The notes beneath the pieces were generated by a model. That model searched no databases. It saw only the letters and a program-made list of their open reading frames with translations, and had not been told where the DNA came from. Shown in pieces: positions 8,806 to 16,804 of a stretch of DNA of 64,000 nt. The translations under genes and the position numbers were made by a program. Positions within the stretch are counted from its first letter, which is position 1, and each line of letters opens with the position of its first letter. The stretch is taken from positions 5,370 to 69,369 of the forward strand of contig DATKAO010000141.1 of NCBI GenBank assembly GCA_035498015.1, given 5' to 3'. The DNA is from Myxococcota bacterium (GTDB lineage: Bacteria; Myxococcota_A; UBA9160; SZUA-336).

Positions 8806-10302
8806 GTGGCCTGGCGCGCGTGGGGTTCGATCGCCGTCGCGGCGGCGCTGTGCGCCGCGCCCGCGCGCGCGAACGGGCCGATCGGCGACGCGCCGGTCTT
8901 CGCGCGCATCGAGGCGCTGCGTCCGGTCGCGGCGGCGCTCAGCGTCGACGGCGACGGCTCGGACTGGGGCGCGATCCCCAACTTCACCGACCCCGCCGGC
9001 GACGCGGGCGGCGACCCGTCGCGCGACATCGTGGGCTTCGCGATCGCGCCGCTCGCCGACTCACTGGTGGTGCGCATCCAGACGGCCGGGCCGCCTTCGA
9101 GCTACGACCTGTCGTTCTGGCTCGACATCGACTTCATGGGCCAGGAGCCGCTCGATCTCGAGATCGGCCTGTATGCCGGCTTCCCCGACATTCTGTGGAC
9201 CTACCCCGAAGGGGGTACGCCGTTCTTCCAGACCTTCAATGATTCGCAGCTCGCGATCGGCAACGTGGTCGAGGCGCGCATTCCCTACGCGGTGATCGCG
9301 CCGCTCCTGCCCGCCGACATGGCGGCGGCGCTCACCGGGCCGAACGCCCGCAGCTGGGTGCGAGTCACTCCGTTCACGATGGACTACTCGCAGGCCTCGG
9401 TGCCGCGCGTGGACACCGGACCCGCGGTGGCGTCGTTCCGGCTCGTGCCCACGCCCTACGCGCTCGACCCGCCGCTGCCTGCGCCCGGTACGCCCGTGCC
9501 GGTGCCGCCCGCGCTCGCCGACCAGATCTACGTGGGGCAGGGGGCGTTCGGCCTGGGGAGTCACGCCGGCTACTGGGCGTACGACCTGAACCAGGTCGAC
9601 GCGTTGCTCCACCCCGACGCGAACTCGCCGAGCCCCAACCTCGCCGACTACTACAGCTTCGGGAAGCCCGTGTACGCGCCGCTCGCCGGCGTCGTGACTT
9701 CGCTCGACAGCCACAATCCCGACCTGCCGCCGCGCAGCGCGGCCACGGGCAACCCCAACTTCGTGACGCTCGACATCGGCGGCGGCAACTCGCTGTTCTT
9801 CGATCACCTGAAGCAGGACAGCATCACCGTCGGGCTGAATCAGTCGGTCGCGGCGGGACAGCAGATCGGCAACGTGGGTCACTCGGGCTCGAACACCTGG
9901 CCGCACCTGCACCTGGGCGGCGTGCTCACGGCCGACAACTCACAGAGCTATCCGCTGGCGCACACCGAGGTCGAGGTCGGGTTGAACCCCACGCCCTCCG
10001 ACCCGTGGCTGCGCTGGCTCCCGGTCTGGGCGCTGCGCGAGGGCATGTTCGAGAAGCCGGCGGGCGCGCTGTGCGGCGACGTCCTGGTCGACCAGGTGCT
10101 GAACGCGGGCGACGTGTCCGCGCTGCGCGCGCGCCTCGCCAACCCGACCGGCGCCCCGCTCTCGGCCGACGGCGAGCACCGCTGCACCGTGATCGGCGCT
10201 CCGCACGCCTGCGGCGTCATCGACGCCACCATCGTGCGCCGCAAGCTCGCGACGCTCGCCCCCGGCATCTCCCAAGTCTGCCCCGCTGCACTGGGCACCT
10301 GA
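8806..10302 (+). CDS. secreted M23-family (lysostaphin-type) metallopeptidase-like protein
   Basis: GTG start after AGGA. Signal peptide (M)AWRAWGSIAVAAALCAAPARA. C-terminal GNVGHSGSNTWPHLHLG (HxH) and upstream H...D motif. Divergent from dedA, 37 bp apart. Confidence 0.6.
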   Translation: MAWRAWGSIAVAAALCAAPARANGPIGDAPVFARIEALRPVAAALSVDGDGSDWGAIPNFTDPAGDAGGDPSRDIVGFAIAPLADSLVVRIQTAGPPSSYDLSFWLDIDFMGQEPLDLEIGLYAGFPDILWTYPEGGTPFFQTFNDSQLAIGNVVEARIPYAVIAPLLPADMAAALTGPNARSWVRVTPFTMDYSQASVPRVDTGPAVASFRLVPTPYALDPPLPAPGTPVPVPPALADQIYVGQGAFGLGSHAGYWAYDLNQVDALLHPDANSPSPNLADYYSFGKPVYAPLAGVVTSLDSHNPDLPPRSAATGNPNFVTLDIGGGNSLFFDHLKQDSITVGLNQSVAAGQQIGNVGHSGSNTWPHLHLGGVLTADNSQSYPLAHTEVEVGLNPTPSDPWLRWLPVWALREGMFEKPAGALCGDVLVDQVLNAGDVSALRARLANPTGAPLSADGEHRCTVIGAPHACGVIDATIVRRKLATLAPGISQVCPAALGT

Positions 10303-10338
10303 GCGCGCCATCCGCGCCCGGGGCCGGGCTCGAGCGCC

Positions 10339-10371
10339 GGCGCGCGGCGCGCCCGAAAGCCCTTTTCTTTC
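10339..10371 (+). terminator. putative intrinsic terminator of the M23 peptidase gene
   Basis: GC hairpin GGCGCGCGGCGCGCC followed by CCCTTTTCTTTCC. T-runs are rare in this 70 % GC window. Confidence 0.4.
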
Positions 10372-10536
10372 CGAAGCCTTACACGGCTGCGCAAAAAATG
10401 ACTAAAGGAGTTGGCGACCCTGACGAAACGTTTTCATAGAGGGCGGGGCTGACCGGGGTTGATCGGTGGTGAAGGTCAAAAGACCCGCACAGACAAAGGC
10501 GGCCGCAAGGGCCGAACAATGGGGGGAGAATTCACA

Positions 10537-10746
10537 ATGGCGGAGAATCTGATCACGGTGCGCGAGGCGGCGAACTTCCTGCGCATCTCGGCGCGCACGG
10601 TCTATCGCCTGATCGAGTCAGGCCAGATCGGCGCGGTCCGGATCGGCAAGCAGTGGCGCATTCCGGCGAACGATCTTCCGGGAGTCACGATCGTCGACGG
10701 TCCCAACGGGCCGCAGCTGCAGACGCACGCAGCCTCGAACGCCTGA
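10537..10746 (+). CDS. excisionase-family helix-turn-helix DNA-binding protein
   Basis: MAENLITVREAANFLRISARTVYRLIESGQIGAVRIGKQWRI. GGGGGGAGAA lies upstream of ATG 10537. No integrase nearby. Sits in a locally AT-richer island. Confidence 0.55.
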   Translation: MAENLITVREAANFLRISARTVYRLIESGQIGAVRIGKQWRIPANDLPGVTIVDGPNGPQLQTHAASNA

Positions 10747-10767
10747 TCCAAGCAGGCGACTGAAACT

Positions 10768-10798
10768 CGCGCCGGCTCTCGAAGAGAGGGCCGGCGCG
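10768..10798. terminator. putative bidirectional terminator hairpin between convergent genes
   Basis: CGCGCCGGCTCTC-GAA-GAGAGGGCCGGCGCG forms a stem of about 12 bp with a GAA loop, between the excisionase-like gene and the kinase gene. Confidence 0.4.
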
Positions 10799-10805
10799 AA
10801 CTGTT

Positions 10806-12674
10806 TCAGGCGTCGTCCAGCCTGCGCAGCGGCCGGCCGGGGAACAGCTGCGACGCATCGCTCGCCTGCTTCGCCACGTCTTCGAGCTCCTCGCGCAGCT
10901 CTAAGCCGATCCCGTGCAGCGCGCGGCGCTCGTCTTCGGGCTCGAGCATGTCCTGCGCGCGCAGTCGCGACAGCGACGCCGCGCACTCGAGCATGGCCTG
11001 GACCAGACGGCTGCGCGCGCTGTGGTAGAGCGCGCGACTCTCCATGAGTCCGGGCGGCGGCTCGTTGCGGCGCTCGCCGTGGAGCTGCAGCGCGTCGAGC
11101 ACGCCGTCCTGGCGCGCCAGCTCACTCGCGGCGTCACAGCCGCACAACAGAACGGCCGTGAGCTCCGAGCGGGCGCCATCGGAGACCTCGCCCGCGCACA
11201 GGCGCACCCACAGGTCGCGGCCGATGCGCAGGAGCTCGATCAGGAGCTTGCGGCCCTGGCCGACCTGCAGGCGCGGCATGGCATCGGAGACCGCGCGCAC
11301 CAGCGCGGCGGGCGGCGGCGCGTCGCTCTTGTCGCCGAGCAACGTCTCGCGCTGGATCCACGCCCAGCCAGCGATCAGCGCCGCCACGGCCGGAACGATC
11401 GAAGCCAGGAGCAGGAGCGGGAAGCCCGCGTACGCGGCGCTCGCGCCGGCCAGCACGGTGGCGGCCGAGAGCGCCATGCTCCAGTAGGGCAGCGCCAGCC
11501 AGGCGCGGTCGAGGGGCAGCGCGCGTGACTCGACGCCCCGCCCGCGCAGCCGCATCACGAGCACTTCGGCGTGCGCGGCCGAGACACGCACCAGCGCGCG
11601 CTGGGCGTTGGCCGCGCTGCGCAGCGCGAGCTGAGTCGCGGGAATGCTGGTGAGCTCCGACAGCAGGCGTCGCTGCGCGTCGCGCGCCTCGCTGCCCTTC
11701 GCGGGCACGACCAGCACCAGGGTGTCGGCGGCGCCGCCTTCCACGTCCTCGCAGTGCGGGCACACGGCGCGGCCCAGGGTTCCCGGCCGGCGGCACAGCA
11801 CGCACACGCGCAGCGCGCGGCCCTCGCCCGAGTCCTCGCCGCGGCTCTCGAGCGAGCGCTGCGACAGCGCGCGGCCCAGGCGCTCCGCGGTCTCGAGCCG
11901 GTGACTCGGCTCGGCGCGCGTCGCGCGCGCCACGATCTCGTCGAGCCACTCGGGCACGTCGTCGCGTTTCTCGCGCGGGTGGTAGCCGCCCGCCAGCGGC
12001 GGCGGCGGCAGGTTCGGGCGCTGGCCCTTGGGCACGTGCCCCACGAGCGCGAAATACAGCACGAGCCCGAGCGAGTACACGTCGGAACGCGGGTCGGCGA
12101 GCTGGCCCTCGATCACCTCGGGCGGCAGGAACGCCGCCAGCGTGACCGGGTCCTCGGGCAGAGTGAGCAGCGCCTGGCCTTCGAGCCGCGCGCAGCCGAA
12201 GTCGGTGAGTCGCGCGCGGCCGCCCGCGTCGAGCAGGATGTTCTCGGGCTTCAGGTCGTGGTGCACGACCCCGCAGCGGTGCGCGGCGGACAGCGCCTCG
12301 GAGACCTCGATGCCCAGCCGCGCGACCGCGTCGGGATGCATCGGGCCGTCGGCCGCGATGGCCGCGGCGAGTGACCGCCCCGCGACCAGCTCCATCGCGA
12401 TCAGGCTCCACGAGCCGTGGTCGACGAGCTCGATCGGGCGGATGATCCCGGGGTGCGCGAGCGCGCGCACGATCTCGGACTCGCGGCGCAGGCGCTGGCG
12501 CGCGAAGTGAGCGGTCTCGGGCGCGAGCGCGAGCAGCTTCAGCGCGACGTCGCCGCCCGAGCGGCGGTCGCGCGCGCAGTACACGATCGAGCGTTCCCCG
12601 CGGCCGAGCTCACCGGTGAGCTCGTAGCGGTCGGCGACGATGGAGCCCGACGGCAGGCCGAGCGGCGCTTGCAT
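10806..12674 (-). CDS. Hanks-type serine/threonine protein kinase with zinc-ribbon and transmembrane C-terminal region
   Basis: YELTGELGRGERSIVY...ALK (G-loop and Lys), HHDLKPENILLD catalytic loop, DFGCA. A CxxC...CPHC ribbon and a hydrophobic segment lie downstream. Confidence 0.8.
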   Translation of the reverse strand: MQAPLGLPSGSIVADRYELTGELGRGERSIVYCARDRRSGGDVALKLLALAPETAHFARQRLRRESEIVRALAHPGIIRPIELVDHGSWSLIAMELVAGRSLAAAIAADGPMHPDAVARLGIEVSEALSAAHRCGVVHHDLKPENILLDAGGRARLTDFGCARLEGQALLTLPEDPVTLAAFLPPEVIEGQLADPRSDVYSLGLVLYFALVGHVPKGQRPNLPPPPLAGGYHPREKRDDVPEWLDEIVARATRAEPSHRLETAERLGRALSQRSLESRGEDSGEGRALRVCVLCRRPGTLGRAVCPHCEDVEGGAADTLVLVVPAKGSEARDAQRRLLSELTSIPATQLALRSAANAQRALVRVSAAHAEVLVMRLRGRGVESRALPLDRAWLALPYWSMALSAATVLAGASAAYAGFPLLLLASIVPAVAALIAGWAWIQRETLLGDKSDAPPPAALVRAVSDAMPRLQVGQGRKLLIELLRIGRDLWVRLCAGEVSDGARSELTAVLLCGCDAASELARQDGVLDALQLHGERRNEPPPGLMESRALYHSARSRLVQAMLECAASLSRLRAQDMLEPEDERRALHGIGLELREELEDVAKQASDASQLFPGRPLRRLDDA

Positions 12675-12764
12675 CTCGAGATTTTCGGCGCGCCGCTGTG
12701 TGAGCTTGACACCGTTTTGCGCACGGCTGCGCCAGCGCGCAGACCTGGCGCAGCTGACACGCAG

Positions 12765-13946
12765 CTAGCCGCCCGAGGTCGGGTCCTCGGCCTCCGCACC
12801 GGGCGGTGTCTCGTCGTCGGGATGCTCGAGCCAGCCCTCGGGCAGGGCCACGCGCTGGGTGCCGCCGCTCTTGCCGCGCGGCGCGCGCACGGCGACCGGC
12901 GAGAACGGCTCGTCGCGGTCGATCCCCGCCAGGATCCCGCCCAGCTCGGCCAGGCTGCGCACCTCGCACAGCCGCACGCGCAGCGCCTTGCTGTCGCGGA
13001 AGCCCTTCGTGTACCAGGTGGCGTGCTTGCGGAAGCCTCTCAGGCCGAAAGACTCGCCGAACCAGGCCGCCAGTAACTCCGCGTGCGCGGCCATCAGGTC
13101 GGCGACCTCGCCGAAGCGCGGCGGGTCCTGGGGCGCGCGGCCGTCGAACACGTCGGACAGGTCGCGGAACAGCCAGGGCCGGCCGAGACACCCGCGCCCC
13201 ACCACGACGCCGTCGCAGCCCGTGGTGCGCATCATGCGCAGCGCGTCCTCGGCCTCCCAGACGTCGCCGTTGCCCAGCACGGGAATGCCGCGCACGGCGT
13301 CCTTCAGGCGGGCGATCTCGTCCCAGCGCGCCGCGCCGTCGTAGAGCTGCGCGGCGGTGCGCGCGTGCAGGGCGATCGCGGCGCAGCCCTCGTCCCGGGC
13401 GATGCGGCCGCAGTCGAGATGGGTGGTGTGTTCGTCGTCGACGCCGATCCGGAACTTCAGCGTGACCGGCACGCCGCGCGCGCGAGTCACTGCGGCGCGC
13501 ACGATGTTGCGCAACAGCCGCGGGCGCAGCGGCAGCGCGGCCCCGCCGCCGCGGCGAGTCACCTTGCGCACGGGGCAGCCGAAGTTCATGTCGATGTGGT
13601 CGACGCGCGCCTCGCCCACCAGCCATTCGACCGCCCGGCCCACGTACTCCGGGTCGACGCCGTAGAGCTGCAGGCTGCGCGGCTTCTCCTCGGGCGCGAA
13701 GCCCGCGAGCCGCAGTGTCTTCTCGTTGCCCTCGACCAGCGCGCGCGCGGTGATCATCTCGGACACGTAGAGGCCGGCGCCGAAGCGCTTGCACAGCGTG
13801 CGGAAGGGCGCGTTCGTGACCCCGGCCATGGGCGCGAGCACGACCGGCGGCCAGACCTGGAGCGGACCGATCTCGAGCGCGCCGAACTCGCCGCGCCGGG
13901 CGGGCGGGACGTCGCGATTCAGCGCGCTGCGGTACTTCTCGTCCAT
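12765..13946 (-). CDS. dus: tRNA-dihydrouridine synthase
   Basis: VLAPMAGVTNAPFRTLCKRFGAGLYVSEMI...IDMNFGCPVRKV...LHARTAAQLY are Dus family signatures. ATG at 13946. The ORF-track extension to 15152 is Arg-rich. Confidence 0.8.
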   Translation of the reverse strand: MDEKYRSALNRDVPPARRGEFGALEIGPLQVWPPVVLAPMAGVTNAPFRTLCKRFGAGLYVSEMITARALVEGNEKTLRLAGFAPEEKPRSLQLYGVDPEYVGRAVEWLVGEARVDHIDMNFGCPVRKVTRRGGGAALPLRPRLLRNIVRAAVTRARGVPVTLKFRIGVDDEHTTHLDCGRIARDEGCAAIALHARTAAQLYDGAARWDEIARLKDAVRGIPVLGNGDVWEAEDALRMMRTTGCDGVVVGRGCLGRPWLFRDLSDVFDGRAPQDPPRFGEVADLMAAHAELLAAWFGESFGLRGFRKHATWYTKGFRDSKALRVRLCEVRSLAELGGILAGIDRDEPFSPVAVRAPRGKSGGTQRVALPEGWLEHPDDETPPGAEAEDPTSGG

Positions 13947-13979
13947 GCGGGCACGAAGCGTAGCGGTGCGCGATTCCCT

Positions 13980-15662
13980 ATGCTGCGCGGCCCCGGCCGG
14001 AGACACGGATTGCGCAAGCTCGGGCTTCTCCTCGCGCTGGGACTCCTGCCGCTCGCGGGGCTGGGCGCTACGGGCCTGCTCGACTACGACGAGGCGGCCT
14101 ACGGAGACATCGCGCGCGCGATGCTGGCCCGCGGCGACTGGCTCGTGCCGGTGATGTGCGGCGAGCCGTGGTTCGAGAAGCCGCCGCTCTTGTACTGGAC
14201 TTCGGCGCTGGGCATGAAGCTCGTCGGGATCGGCCCCGCGGGCGCGCGGCTGGGGACGCTTTTGGCCGGCGCCGCCGCGCCCATGGCGCTGTTCGCGCTC
14301 TCGCGCCGGCCCCTGGGCGAGCGTGCGGCGTTCGCGGCGGCGGTCGCGCTCGCGAGCGCGCTCGAGTTCGCGGTGCTGGCGCGCGTCGCGCTCACCGACA
14401 TGCTGCTGCTCCTGTGGCTCACCGTGTGTGTCGGCGCGCTGCACCATGCCTTCGAGGACCGCGCCCGAGACACACGCTGGTTCGCGCTGGCGTGTCTGGC
14501 CTGCGCGCTCGCGGTGCTGACCAAGGGACCGATCGGGCTCGCGCTGCCGGCGGCGGCGGGGCTCTTGGAGCTGCTCCTGCGCCGACGGCCGGGCGCGCTG
14601 CTGCGGCCGAGCTGGCTCCTGCTCGGCGTGGCGATCGTGGGCGGTCTCGGCGGCTCGTGGTATCTCGCGCTCGGGGCCGCCCACGGCTTCGGCTTCCTGC
14701 GCTCGCTCTTCGTCGAGCACAACGTGGGGCGCTTCGCCGAGCCCATGCAGGGCCACGGCGGTCCCCTCTGGTACTACGTGCCGGTGCTCCTGGGCGCGCT
14801 CTTCCCCTGGGCGCCGCTCCTGCCGCTGGCGGCGGCGCGCGCCGGCCTGGGCGCCGGCGACGAGCGCGCGAGACACTTGCGCCTGTTCGCGCTCTTTTCC
14901 GCGCTCGTGTTCGCGTTCTTCAGCCTCGCCGGTACGAAGCTGCCGAGCTACGTGGCGCCGGTGCTGCCGGGCTGCGCGCTCCTGGTCGGCGCGCTGGTGG
15001 CCCGGCCGAGTGACTCCGCCCGCGACCGCGCGTTCGCTGTCTCGCTCTGGGCGGTGTTCGCGCTGATGGCGCTGGTCTCGGTGGCGGTGACCCTGCTGCC
15101 GCTCGCGGCGCGCTTTCCGCCCTCGATGCTGTCGGACAAGACGGCGCTCCACCCCGGTCTAGACCAGCGGCTCGATCCGGGCCCGATGTGCGCGGCCGCG
15201 GGCTTCGCGCTGGCCGCCGGGGCGATCGCCGCGGCGCTGTGGTGGCAGGAGCGGCGCGAACGCGCCTGGCTCGCGCTGTGCGGCGGCGCGCTGGCCGGCT
15301 ACACGCTGCTCTCGGCCTTCGTGCTGCCGCGCGTCGACGCGCAGGTGAACGCGCCGCTGCGCCGGCTCGCCGCGCGCGCCGGAGCGCTCACCGGTCCCGA
15401 CGAGCGGCTGCTCGTGCTGGGCCTGCGCCACGCCGCGAGCATCTGCTTCTACTCCGGCCGGCCCACCGAGTACGTGAGTGACTCGGGCGGGAAATACTCC
15501 GAGGCCGTGGTGTTCGGCGAACAGCACCCGCGCATCGGCATCAGCGGCGGGCCGCAGCTCTCGCGCTTCGAGCACAGCGAACGGCTCGAGCTGCTCGAGC
15601 GCGACGGCGGCTACGTGCTGTTCCGGATCCCGGACACGAGCTCGGGCGTGCCGCCGCCCTGA
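13980..15662 (+). CDS. GT39-family glycosyltransferase (ArnT/PMT-like, polytopic membrane protein)
   Basis: GLLDYDEAAYGDIARAMLARGDWLVPVMCGEPWFEKPPLLYW plus many TM helices. Divergent from dus, 33 bp apart. Confidence 0.7.
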   Translation: MLRGPGRRHGLRKLGLLLALGLLPLAGLGATGLLDYDEAAYGDIARAMLARGDWLVPVMCGEPWFEKPPLLYWTSALGMKLVGIGPAGARLGTLLAGAAAPMALFALSRRPLGERAAFAAAVALASALEFAVLARVALTDMLLLLWLTVCVGALHHAFEDRARDTRWFALACLACALAVLTKGPIGLALPAAAGLLELLLRRRPGALLRPSWLLLGVAIVGGLGGSWYLALGAAHGFGFLRSLFVEHNVGRFAEPMQGHGGPLWYYVPVLLGALFPWAPLLPLAAARAGLGAGDERARHLRLFALFSALVFAFFSLAGTKLPSYVAPVLPGCALLVGALVARPSDSARDRAFAVSLWAVFALMALVSVAVTLLPLAARFPPSMLSDKTALHPGLDQRLDPGPMCAAAGFALAAGAIAAALWWQERRERAWLALCGGALAGYTLLSAFVLPRVDAQVNAPLRRLAARAGALTGPDERLLVLGLRHAASICFYSGRPTEYVSDSGGKYSEAVVFGEQHPRIGISGGPQLSRFEHSERLELLERDGGYVLFRIPDTSSGVPPP

Positions 15663-16804
15663 GGCGCGCGGACCAGCAGGCGCCACACGAGCCAGGCGAA
15701 CACGGCCAGCATGGCCGCACCGGCCATGCGCACGCCCCAGGTCGGCGCCGCGAGAAAGCGCGCCTCGGGCCGCGGCAGCGCCACGCCGTCCCAGCGCAGC
15801 ACCGGGTTGAGATACACCACGGCGCCGTGCGCGAGCACCTCGACGCGCACGTAGGGATCGTCGTCGCGCGGCGTGTAGCTGGCCTCTGCGCGGCCGAGCT
15901 CCTGGTAGCGCAGCACGCCGTGCGCGCCGTAGAAGCGGATCGCGTTGGCGCGCTCGCCCACGCGCACGTGCAGCGCGCCGTCCTCGAATTCGCAGCGCTC
16001 GAGCGCCAGCGGCGCCTCGTTCTGGCGCGTGTACAGGGCATGGAAGTGGCCTTCCTTCAGCGCCCGCAGAACCGCTTCGGGCGTACGCGCGTCGGCGTGG
16101 ATCACGAGCGCGCCGATCCCGATGTGACTGCCGGCGTCCTGGTCGGTCTGCGCGTGGCCGTCGTCGGCGGCGAGCCCCCAGACCGGCCGGCCCGCGGACA
16201 GCGCCGCGTCCCAGAAGTCGTCCCACACGCCGTACTTCGTGGCGACCTCGATCGCGTCGTAGCCGGAGAGCTTCTCCAGGTCGGCGATCGTGTACGAGCC
16301 CGCCTTCGTGGGGTGATTGATCGCGACGAACGGCGCGTCCGCGCGCAGCAGGTCGATCACGGACTGCTTCTGGCGGGTCGAGCCGCCGGCTGGATAGTCG
16401 AACCAGCTCACGTGACTGGCGCCGAGCACCGTCTGGTGGTGGCGACCCGGGGTGAAGCCGTGCTCGTAGCTCGACACGTACAGGTCGCCTGGCGCGTCGG
16501 GCGGAGACAGCGACATGTAGTCACTGATTCCGACCACGTCGTAGCCCTTGGCCTTGTACATGGCGTAGAGCTCGTGGCGCGGCGTGCTGCCGAAAGTGAG
16601 TCCGCCCCACGCTTCCGAGTGCGCGTGGAAGTTCGCGAGCAGCCCCCCTCCCGCGTAGCCGGCGTAGGGGTTGTACCAGTGGTCGCCGTGGAACGGCTCC
16701 GGGGGCGCGAAGGCGTAGAAGGGCGGCCAGGCGAACTCGAGATAGACGAGCGCCGCCGCTGCCACGAGCAGCACACCGGCCAGTCTGCGCGCCAGACGGG
16801 TCAC
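15611..16804 (-). CDS. PHP-domain metal-dependent phosphoesterase-like protein, membrane anchored
   Basis: N-terminal TM helix, NFHAHSEAWGG (HxH) and later His/Asp motifs. GTG 16804 overlaps the helicase stop (GTGA). Confidence 0.5.
   Translation of the reverse strand: MTRLARRLAGVLLVAAAALVYLEFAWPPFYAFAPPEPFHGDHWYNPYAGYAGGGLLANFHAHSEAWGGLTFGSTPRHELYAMYKAKGYDVVGISDYMSLSPPDAPGDLYVSSYEHGFTPGRHHQTVLGASHVSWFDYPAGGSTRQKQSVIDLLRADAPFVAINHPTKAGSYTIADLEKLSGYDAIEVATKYGVWDDFWDAALSAGRPVWGLAADDGHAQTDQDAGSHIGIGALVIHADARTPEAVLRALKEGHFHALYTRQNEAPLALERCEFEDGALHVRVGERANAIRFYGAHGVLRYQELGRAEASYTPRDDDPYVRVEVLAHGAVVYLNPVLRWDGVALPRPEARFLAAPTWGVRMAGAAMLAVFAWLVWRLLVRAPQGGGTPELVSGIRNST

Noticed and set aside
12610-15152. 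Long − strand ORFs 12610..13794 and the 5' extension of 12765..15152
   Set aside because: Arg-rich extensions; the conserved Dus protein starts at ATG 13946. Sequence upstream of it is antisense to the GT39 gene.
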